From Camelus ferus (taxonomy: Eukaryota), in the NCBI RefSeq assembly GCF_009834535.1, contig NC_045696.1, positions 51,028,001 through 51,092,000 on the forward strand: a stretch of 64,000 nt of DNA, read 5' to 3'. Positions 1-10,977 of this stretch are shown piece after piece; positions within the stretch are counted from its first letter, which is position 1, and every line of letters begins with the position of its first letter. The notes under the pieces are model-generated. The model was given only the letters and a program-made list of their open reading frames with translations, had not been told where the DNA came from and made no database searches. Made by a program: the position numbers and the translations under genes.

Positions 1-1806
1 TTCCATTCATTTTATTGATAATTTATATTTTCTTCTTTTGTCCTGATCAGTCTTTCTAGGAGCTCTTTTGTTTCCTTTTTAATCTTTTTCAAAAATCAAC
101 TTTTGGATTTGTTTATTTTCTCTGTCCTATGTTTGCTTTTTCCTCTGCTTATTTGTCACATTTTCCTGGACATTGTATATATTTCCTGGATATTGTACAT
201 AAATGAGCTGCAAAGACAGAAGTTGTGTCCTTTGCCACGAGGGAGGGGTCACACTTTTCCTCTGTTAGAAGGTGGTTGGGCTGGGAGCTGGATGCAGCGG
301 TAGTTAGAATCGGTTCTCTTCTGATTTTCAACGTCTTGAAGGTGAGACAGCTTCATCCAGCAATTTAACTCCTAAGCTTCATAAACCTGTGGGAGCGTTC
401 ACTCTGCCTTTTCAACCCATACTCATCCAACGTCCCCAGAGGGCAAAAAGTAAGGCCAGAGATCTCACCAGCACCTATGGAGGGCTTTTCTCCCTCTGAA
501 ATTTTGTTCAGATATATTCATATAATCAGAGGAATTTTGTCTTCTTATATTGATGGGTTTTAGTATCTTTTAAAACATGATTTTTCTAATTTATCTCTTT
601 GTTCTAGTTGGTGCAGTGGGATTGATAACCTGCCAGGATCTACTACATTCTATCTAAAAGTGAAAAGTCCCTGGATACCTTTTTAAAGAGATGTTATTAA
701 AATCACTTTCCTTTAAACATCGAACTGAACTGGAAAGCTAACAAAACGTTAAAGTATATACAGCTGTTATAACTTTGCACATTCACTTTAGGGAGGTTGA
801 ATTTATGCATAGTGGTTGCATTTTTATGGGTTGTATATCCTTTGGGGCATAGTGGGGCTCCTTGTCTAATCAAAATATATCCTACATCTGTGTCCTCTGA
901 ATGAGAGGCAGTGTGCGCTGGTGGAAAGAACACTAAACCCTTGATAGTCAGAATATTGAGTTTTATTCTGAACTCGAAAGAAGCTAGACAAGGAAAATAT
1001 TATGAGCATTAATTTCCTGGAGTACATGTGGGAGTAGACGATCCCTAAGGTCATCATTTTACCTGTTTTAATACTAGGATATGTTTTATACATTCATAAG
1101 ACAAACATTTCAGGTGTAAGTGAGATGACCACCCAAGTGTCTGCTATCCAATTCAGCAGAACATACCGATAGTTTTGAAGTACCTCTCTTGATACCATCC
1201 CCTTCTCCTTTCCAAGTATCCATTATCCTGAACTTTGGGCCTATCATTTCTTTAACTGATCATTTTTACTATATCTGTAGGCTAACACTAAAAAATAAAT
1301 TTTTTGATCTATAGGCATTTAAATTTTTTATAGCTTTACACTGTGCAAGTTCCTCTACAACTTTTTTCCCCTCAAACTTCATGCCTGTGAGATGTGACCA
1401 AGCTGATGTGGGTAGTTGTAATCAAAGACCTAATTCTTGTCCCAAAGTTCTGTGCTTCTGGTTCCTCTACTACAAATAAACGAGGAGAGTGTAAACTGAA
1501 CCATCTCTCAGTTCTCTGCCAGGTCTGAAATTCTACTTCTACTATTTACAGGAAGTATAGAGGTGCATAGTTTGCTCCAATAATCTAGCATGGATCATAA
1601 TTATGATTTATTTGAGGTTGACTCTGATCAGAAACACAATCCCCATGGGAAATGTGTCATGGCATCCTTTTTAGTCATTTTGGCAAAATTTAAATATTAC
1701 TTGACTATGCAACTTCAATATGCAAGATAAATCGCTTCAATACAAGATTTGAAGTGGCACATGCAATGATCAGAAAAGACAGAATTCACAATGCAAAAAT
1801 GCAAAG

Positions 1807-1812
1807 TTTATT
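1807..1812 (-). terminator. Probable distal polyadenylation signal AATAAA of USF3
   Basis: TTTATT on the plus strand, followed on the minus strand by U/GU-rich sequence (ttttgcattgtg, tctgtcttttctg). Confidence 0.65.
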
Positions 1813-2282
1813 TTCTTAAATAAAATACTATATTCATATCTATACAAATAATTATTACAACCATTAAAATGTTACATTTACCAATAAAAATTTTAAAACT
1901 TTAAACAAGAGCATGGTTCAGAATATTCACACCCTAATACAATGCATTTGTAAAAAGATGTCAAAATAAACGGGACCTATTCTTATTTACAACTGTAGGA
2001 CAATCCTGATCATATTATACATATCTGCTCTGGATTCCATTACAAAACAAATTAGTTCCCATTAGAATTATAAACCAGGTGATTTACAGTAATAGGACAC
2101 AGTGCACAGCAGACATTGCTGGCGTGAGAATAGATACAAATATTACATACACTATCGAAAGCACTACAGTTAGATTTTTTCTGGTGATTGCCCTACAGTA
2201 AGCTTCTCACCCAGTGTATCTATAAATAATTTGTGAAGGTAACTATGTTCTCAGATTTTTCCACCCATTTTTACTGAAATGA

Positions 2283-2343
2283 ATATATATGTGTGTATAC
2301 ACACACATACACACACACATACACGTATATATATATATATATC
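2283..2343. repeat. (TA)/(CA) compound microsatellite in the USF3 3'UTR
   Basis: atatatatgtgtgtatacacacacatacacacacacatacacgtatatatatatatat. Confidence 0.9.
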
Positions 2344-5300
2344 TCTTGTTGAAAGTGGAAGCAAATCTTTTCTTCACAGTAACACAGCTGCAGCATTTTG
2401 AGCAACACTGTCTGGTCCCTTTCTTCTTGGAAGATCAACAGTTCAACTCCCTGTAAAGGTTAACCAATATAGTCAAGTCCAGTGCCTCAGTGACCTCACA
2501 GATGAAAAATGGTTCTAAGACTTAGGGGATGAGGGAGCAGAGATCCAGAAAAGTGAAGAGAGGATTTACATGGAGTAAACTTTTAGTTCCTATGACATAG
2601 TTTGGTGTATAGTTGTACACACAAATGGGCCAAAAAAAAAAATTAATGATCTTTAAAAAAAGTGTTAAATTACAAATGAAGAATTATCTTCTATGTCTCA
2701 TGAAATCTCTAGTGACAGATTTTGCAGTCATCCAAAATAACACCAATTTGGATATTATCCCCAATGTTTTCAACCGGAGTTGGCTGATGTTTTGAAGCAT
2801 CTGAACACATGCGTGTGCCAGACAAAGATTACAGTTGATGGGGTTTGTGCAAATCTAGAAATAAGGATGTTGAATGACCACCACATTCAAGCTCTGAGTT
2901 TAAAAGGAGTTTTGCTTCTAACTAGTAAGATTTTTACAAGATCGGCATCAAGGATGGCTCAGAGAACGTAAGGCAACAGTGAGAAAAATCAGCTGTACTT
3001 GGCGTCGAGGTGTTGGATTACACTGAGCACGTGCCATCCTGGCTGGCCCGTTGCTCTTAACAGGGGAGTGGGTGAGCAGTGCGTTCCAATGGCCAGCCTT
3101 AGGACCAGAGGCACGGCTGCGGGTAAAGTGCGGTCCCAGGGTAGAGGCAGGTGGGCGTTAGAAGCTCTGGGTCTGAGAAGGCCCTCAACACTTCTTACCT
3201 GCACACCCGGATTGCCTCCATCTACACTTGTCCCTCACAGACTCCAGCAGAAACACTCTTAAGTGCACAAAGGAAGTGTAGAATGCAGGGAGAATATGGT
3301 TAAGTGGAAAAGAAAAAAAAGACCTTTTTACGTTGAATTCTGGGGAAGGAGAAATGATATCACTCAGCCAAAAAGGTATCTGAGAAGCAACTAATTTCTG
3401 CCCTTTAATTTGCATACAGGTTTCATAACATTATCACTGAGTATTATTGCCCTCTGGAAGTACACAGCCATAGGTGATGATCTCCGGGCAAAGGCAGGAT
3501 TAACAGAGACAACAGAACAATGACTTCCAGGTTCCTAAGGATATCAACCCAAAGCCATCTGATTTTGGTACCACCTTTGCCTTTCTTTACTCCTCCATGG
3601 GATTGAAAAAAACAAGTTCTCCAAAACAAGGAACAGAACTATATGGCACATCAAATATTTTAAATCAACTTGAACTACTTCTGTTTTGAGAAATTCTTGT
3701 TACCCCTTAGTAGAGAAGGAGATGCAGTGGTTCCCAAAGCCAGGCACTGGGAGTCACTGATTTGGGAGCATGAGTCCCTTTCACACGCTGATCCTGTAGA
3801 TGCTGGACCCCACCCAATCAGTGTTTCAAGGCAGAGGCTAATCACCCTGCTAAGGAAATGACCACGGTCCCTGCCACCTGTTTGACATGGTGCAGATGGA
3901 AGAAAATAAGGGCCTGGGTATTTATGTATCAAAGGAAGGACAGAGCTAAGAGGAGGCGTATTAGTGAGTCTTTACACTTTCTCAAATTTTCAAAACTTTA
4001 CTCTCATTAAAATGTATTTCCACATTTTTTTGGAGTATAAATTTTAGCCTCTCCATAAAATAGCTCATGTCAGAAGGCAAGAGCAAGGCAAATGAATTAT
4101 CTTTAAAGTGTTTGAATAATTTTGTATTTTAAGAAGGCTGATTTTTAAAAGTTGATCCTCATTGCAGTTCACCCTGATATGTGACTGAAAATCGCTACAA
4201 AAGAACATTCCCTCCTCAATCTTCTCTGATACGTTACATTTTATAAAGCATGATTACTCTGGAATTCTCACTCCTTACTTAGAAGAAGGGTGCCAGCTCT
4301 GGTACACCCCAGAGATCTTATGATAAAAACAAAAATAAATTTCCTGAAGCAGTATAAAACATCCCAAAACGACCTATATGTACAAAAAAAAAAACAAAAC
4401 CAAAGTTGATTTCTTTTATCCGTAACTGACACATTTAAGTTTTTACATGATGAGAAATCTAAAATTATTCACGTCGTCAGAAGCTACTGTGTTAAATGTT
4501 TAGATGAACCAACTACTTTCTGAAGCTGATTCTGTATGACCAATAACAATATGAGAGAGAAAAATTATTTAATCAAGGACTCACTTATACATAAGTCTGT
4601 GTATTTCTAGAAATTACAAATTTATTTGTGAAAGTGGCTTTATATTCTATAGACATATATTAGTGAGGCATGAATAACATTAAATTTACTATAACCAAAA
4701 TTGACGATTTCTCTGCCATTCCTTCACCAAAAACTATAATCCAGAGATCACTAGATATTAAATAATAAATTTCCTTCCCCAAATCATGTAGCTCTAATTA
4801 TTAAAATACTTAATACTGCTGGTAAATCTCATACATTCATGCTTATAAATCAAATAAGATTACTGTGCTCTGAACACCTTCAGAATTTAATTTCTATATA
4901 AAATGGCCTCATATATGCACACGCCTATAAGATAATTAGAGCTACATGTAAGCAGGGGCCCTGTTACTTGCAGATGGTCACCTCTTTCCTCAGATGGTCA
5001 AATAAGCCTTACTTCGGGGTAGAGACTCGCTTGGAATGAAAGCCCTGAGGAATGTAAATGCTATCTCTAAACATTGCTGAGCAGAAAAATACAATTGATG
5101 CAACAGAGAATTGCCTGCAAGTACCAACCAGGCTTGAGGCTCTTCCACTGCAATGTTCAAATCGAGCTTCTCCTTACCTGTGACCTTAGTTTCAATTCCA
5201 ACAGTCCCTGGTTCTTCAGAACCTAACAGCCACTGTGCGGGGGGAGCGGGGCTGAGGGGGCGAGGTGGGAGGGCAGAGACAGAAAGAGCCATGAGAAAGG

Positions 5301-7310
5301 GAGAGGGAGGGAGGATGAACAGCTGAACCCATTGAAAACCTTCCTTGAAACTGGCAGATTGGACCTTTCAAGTTCAAAGAAAAATCTGAATGTTGAAGCT
5401 TAAAACTTAGTTACGATGATTTTTTTAAGTTATAAATCTCACATTTTTTCTCAATTAAACGTTAATATGGTGTTGCCTTGTGTAAGTAACTTATTCACAA
5501 AGCTCTCCTATTCCTCCCTGAAACCATTTTGAAGGGAGAAAATATAGATGTTTCTCTTGTTTTCAGTATTTTTTTGCCCTTAGGAGGTGGCTTCAGCCGG
5601 CGGCGGGAAGAGACAGGAGGGTCCGGTGAGAACAGCTGAAGAGGCACAGACGACCCTTTTGCTGAGTCTTTAGTAGAGGTATCCGCTGGAGTTAACTGCT
5701 CTTACCAAGCCTTAGGAGGCTTTTTTAAGCAGAAAAAAACAAAATGCTGGTCCTTGGCTTCACTTTGTTAACAGAGCAGACACAACACTGTCTCTGCATC
5801 TCTCCCTCTCCACCCCATTTTTGGCAGAATGTAACCACAACAAAAAAGTAATGGGTTTAGAATATGAGTGTATATAACTGTTTTCTTAGTTTTTAATAAA
5901 ATTTTCAGAATTCAATAGATGAATTTTGAGTATACATTTTAAAAAATGTATTACTAACTTTAGTGGAGCTTTAAAGAAGCCCTACATCAGGTTCTTCTAC
6001 ATGTCAGCAGGTCTCAGGTCCCAATTTCCCATTTTCAGATGGCAGGCCTGTTTTTAAAGAGCCACTTTAAAATCTATGTCTGAGTGCACACACACTCACA
6101 TACGCAGACGTATATAAAGACCATTTTTTGAAGCACCATTTCACATCTACCATCAGAAAAAATAATGAACAAATTCATCCTCTCATGATGATTCTACTAT
6201 GAAGGGTAATAATGCAATACACAATGTCATATTTTAAATATAAATATCAGCAAATGAAAATATTGACAGAGCTTAAGACTCTGCTCAGAAATACTCAAAA
6301 AGTAAGGCTCACATAATTATGTAGATTCCAAACGCACTATTTACTGATCAGCCCCTGATGATTAAACAAATGTAAAAGAACTTATGTCAAGATCGAATAA
6401 ATAGAATGAAGAGAGAAAACTAAAACAACACTCAACTGATGAAGCAACCATCTTTAACTGAACACGTGCACAACTCCACAGCACAGCCGCTTCTATCCTG
6501 ATGCAGTGCGCAAGCACAAGATGGAGAACATCGATGTACTACGCTCTTTAGCTTTCCATTTTTAAGGCTACTTGTTTAAGGAAGACCTTTGCTTTACAGG
6601 ATCTTGGCACATTAGAGGATAACACGGCTCCCTCATTTGGAGAACAAGACATGAAATTCAGACAATTTATGCATTGTTATAATCAAGAAAGAAGCCTCTA
6701 CCTAAACCAAACCTGGGTAATAAAGGTTGATTAAAGAACTCATTTATTTGCTAACTGCTCGACTTTAATCATGCACATTCATTCTACATGAATTCAAGAC
6801 CTGCCGTGGATGAGAGACTGTTCTACACACTGACACTGGCCCGCAGTTGGTTATGAGCCATTGTGTTACATCGAACTGTCTGTATTTTTGGAGAGCAACT
6901 CAACTACCTCAACTATCTATTTTACAAATTATCAACAATCAAGTAAGATTAAAATCTAGGTTCCTTCCTACCACCCAAGCACACTCCAAGATGACCTCCC
7001 CCAACTTCCAGTCAATGAGTATCTAGGGGATATCAGATTACAAATCAAACTTGAAAATGCAAATCTGCTTGGAAAATTTCAAAAGCACACCATGCAGTTG
7101 AAAATGAATGATAATTTGTTTTTGACAACCCAGTATTCACATCGTTTCTGACATGGCTTCCTTACATTCAGAAGATAATTGGAAATTGATTATACAGACA
7201 CAAGGAGATACACACACAATCTCTCTCTTCCTGTGCAGGTATGTGTGTATAAACACACAAATACATGTCTATAATCTCACCCATTACATTTACGTTCAGT
7301 TGATCGGCAT

Positions 7311-9615
7311 TTAAACAGCTGAACTGCAATCATGACCTAAAATATGGCTTATGTTGTGGGCAGGTCTGTTTGAGGACTGCTTGGAAGAGTCGGAGGCAGA
7401 GGAGTTTGCTATTGTAAGCAAAGGTGACATTGCTGAGCCATCGGGAAGAGCTGTAGCTATTTCTGGAAACAAAGATGTCATATTAAAATTGGATAAGTGA
7501 GAGTTGGTCATGTGCATTGGTGGCATATCAGGGAGAAGAGGAAAACTTGGTTGGGCAAAACCAACAGGTCTGGGAGGAGATAAAATGGATCCAAATCGGT
7601 TATTTAAAGTTCCACTGTTTACCTTCTCTGTGCTAGGATTTGAGAACATTTGATTAGAAAAGTAGGGGATGGAAATATCATTGGACAGTGTAGGGTGAGC
7701 AGGAGAGTATGGGGGATAGAAGGAAGGTAGAGTATTTTGGGGATCTACAGGGATAAGGGCTGGAGTCCGAGTGGCACTAGGCTGAGTAACCTGTGGAATG
7801 AAAGAAGTATTCGCGTTTATTGGTGGATTCATGCCACCCTCGGGAATAAAAGGAAAACCAAAATTTTGTGATAGTGTGTGCTGGTCAGGTGCTGAATTGT
7901 CATTCGGAACTTGTGGGCTATCAGGCATGAAACGAACAATACTTCCTCTCTTTTCTGCAGTGGGTTGCTGGCGTCCAAGAATCATACTGCCACTAGTAGA
8001 CAGAGGAAGGTGGGGAAGACTTGGATCAAAGACATTACTATGTCTTTGGTTTCCAGAGCGATTCCTTTCAGGCTGACGAATTTTGGAACCACTGCTGTCT
8101 TGCAAGGGATGTCTTGATCGCTGGGGAACTGAAGAATTAGTCTGACGTACGGGAGGCCCTTGGTCAGTGTTTCCATGAGACACAGACGGATGTGGCAGAG
8201 CTGGCCTTGCAACCCCATGCATGTTGCTTGTGACTGGAGGGTTCATGTGGCCCTTGGTCCCGTGACTGTCAGTAATCCTCATGGGATTGGACTTCTGCAC
8301 AGAAACATTGGGACTTGTATTTCGACCTTGAATATCTCCTGAAGAAGAAGAACTCGAAAAAGGAATATTCAAGGTGCTGTTCCTGGTGTTAATTGCCCCT
8401 AGGGACATGTCACAACTCTCCCGATTCTGACTCTCACCCTCTCTTCTAATATGGACACTTTCATGAGTTGGGGGACAATTATATTCAATTGCAGAAGGTG
8501 GGCCACACTGTGTATTCCTCTGATGTTCTGAGAGCGATCTCTGGCTCCCAATGACCTGATCACCAAGGTGAGGGGCAAGTAAACTCTGCATGAAACTCTG
8601 GTGACACGTATTTTCACTGTCCCTTGGTGGGATGGCATTTCCGGTCGGGATGCTCTGAACTGGTGGATAAGGTAATCTCTTTTGGCGGTCGATTGGTGGT
8701 GGACCAGGGTTCTGACTAATTCGAAAAGCCTGGGACTGCATACTCCTCAAGGAGGACACAGGGTTACCTATTTCATTATTTCTTGAAGACTGTACTTCAA
8801 AATTACTCTGAGGCTGCTGACTGGCTCCACTTGGTTTAAATGTCTGACAGTCAGAAAGGCGGATATCTGAGGCAACGGTATGGTCCACACGACCCTGCAT
8901 ATTATGAATGGCCAAACTCTTATTTCTGGGAACATCAAGGTAGCTTCTCATTTCAAGCTGATCGGAAACTCTGGAACCCTGAATCGATATACCCATTCTC
9001 TGCTCTGAATTAGAAGATGTCTTTCCAATGAGTGCCTCCGCAGAATAACTTGAAACTCTATTTCTCTCTGGCCTGTGTGGAGTACAGGTCATGTCGGAAG
9101 GCCTCGTCACAATACTTGGTTGGGAGACCATCTGCTGCTCTATGCCTCTTGATGTCAAAAGCCTCTGCATTGGATTATGCCCAGGTACATGTTCAGAAGA
9201 AACCCCTGAGCCTTGTGGCCGGCTTCCTACATCCTGCTGCTGGTGCATAATGTCTTGGTTGAGATGGTTCTGGGGATGGTTATGGTGGTTCCGGCTCGTT
9301 GAGGGGTTTTCACAACTCTTCTCGGGCTGGGAGCTCCCGAAGTGCTGCTGCATCTGCTGCTGCATCTGCTGATGGTGGGGGTGAGGCTGACCACTCTTGG
9401 GTCGGGACTGGTCATTTCCGTGGTGCTTGGGTTGTAAAGCAAGCTGAGAGGTCTGAGTGCCCTGAACAAGATTCCTCTTCTTCTGCATCTGAACTTCCTG
9501 TTGCAGAGTTCTCTGTTGGTGGATGCTGTGGGGCTGAGAGTGGACAGAGCTCTCTGCGTGAGGGACGTGATGCTGCAGTTGATATAAGTGATGCCTTTCT
9601 CTTAACTGCCCTGCT

Positions 9616-9646
<31 letters not shown>

Positions 9647-10977
9647 TTAAGTAGAGATGATTACTGTGCAGGTGAGGGACCCCTTGAGCTGGAACATGCT
9701 GTTGCAGGGCCTGCAGATGTTGGCTGGCCTGGGTTTGTTGCTGCTCAGCAACAGAAGGCTGAGAACTGCACTGAACCTCATTCTGCCTCAGTGCAGGGGC
9801 CACGAAGTTGTTACCGGGTGGAAATAATCGTGTAAGGCCATCTCCATGGGTGGGGTTGCTGATTGGCACAACAGAATTTGAAGAGTTGGGAGGGATCTGA
9901 CCAATCATCATTTGAGTTTGCTCGGAAATGCTGTCTGGAGTTCGGCTCATCAGGGACAGACCCTCAAGCCGGAGGGGGGCTGGTTGACAGTGCTTTTGAC
10001 GTTTGGCTGAAGACAGTAAGAGGTCATCTTGGACAGCACGCTTAGCAGAGTCTTTGCGGTTTTCATGACTTGGCTTTAAGAGGGACTCTTGAATCTGTGG
10101 ATTTGGTAGGGTACCAGCCATGGTATTTAGCTGTTCTTGGGAGTATTCGGTCATCAGAGACGGTCCGGGGGGCTGACTGCCATAGGAGCTAGATGAAACC
10201 GTCAGATTAACCGTGGCTGGAACAGTTGCTTGCTCTGAAGTTTGGGATAAACCAGCGCAGCTGACCAGAGGATGGTTGATGCTGCTCTGATGGATAAGAT
10301 TGTTCACACTTAAACTGGTGATGGTTGGTGGCTGAGAAGTGGAAACCTGTAAAGCAGCATTTGACGTTTTAATTCCTATAGAACAACTTGGTTTTTCAAG
10401 GGGCCTATCCACAGTTGCTTCGACCGAATCCTGAGAATGAAATTCATTTGGTGTTGCTTCTGCCTGTCCTGGGCCATTCTCTTTAGATATCTGTGTTTTG
10501 AAAGGCTGGTCTCCCTCTAAAGAGGATGCTTCAGAAGATTTTGAAGTAACTTCCCTTATATCAGCCTGGGTGCCAGCTCTTCCCTTCTCGAGGTTCTCCT
10601 GGTCAAAAATAGCCCTCGCTGCCAGAGCGACGATATCAGTTTGCTCCACAAAGGTGCAGCTGTCACACGTATTAGTCGTCGCATTGCTGGTGACATCCTC
10701 TCTAGTTGTCTCAGGAAGCATGGATGCAACTGAGAAACTACGACTACTGCCCGAGCTGGTCGACATGGGAGAGTCAGCCTGCCTACTGAGCAAAGAGCCA
10801 TTAATAACCTCCTGATCAGGGATGCAGGAATGATGCTGTCCTGGATCTCTGTCATCACTGTTCATCAGTAACAGCTCCTGTTTCGGATGTAAATCAACAT
10901 TTGAATCAACTATCTTAGAATTTCCTGAAGAAAAGTCAGGAGGGTCCACCTGGACTGAAAGAGATGATTTCTGAGGG
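7311..10977 (-). CDS. USF3: USF3 terminal exon, coding part downstream of the frameshift (PQKSSLSVQVDPPDF...DCSSAV stop), Q/H/S/P-rich with polyQ
   Basis: 1212-aa ORF 7311..10949, whose frame stays open back to the A-run at 10978-10983; TAA stop at 7311-7313. Confidence 0.93.
9615..9644 (-). repeat. USF3: Coding CAG/CAA repeat (CAG)6CAA(CAG)2CAA encoding Q10
   Basis: Read directly from the sequence; translates as YLK-Q10-AGQ. Confidence 0.9.

Larger units (their letters stand above)
1790..7310 (-). other. USF3: USF3 3'UTR (~5.5 kb)
   Basis: Repeat-poor sequence between the stop codon and an AATAAA at 1807-1812; interspersed-repeat remnants resume left of ~1550. Confidence 0.75.

Noticed and set aside
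162..201. 20-bp tandem duplication (tttcctggacattgtatata x2); similar short duplication at ~22138-22166
   Set aside because: Ordinary two-copy slippage duplications in decayed repeat DNA, not an array.
7314..7325. C-terminal SSAV as a class I PDZ-binding motif
   Set aside because: The pattern is very degenerate and there is no supporting context for a nuclear transcription factor.
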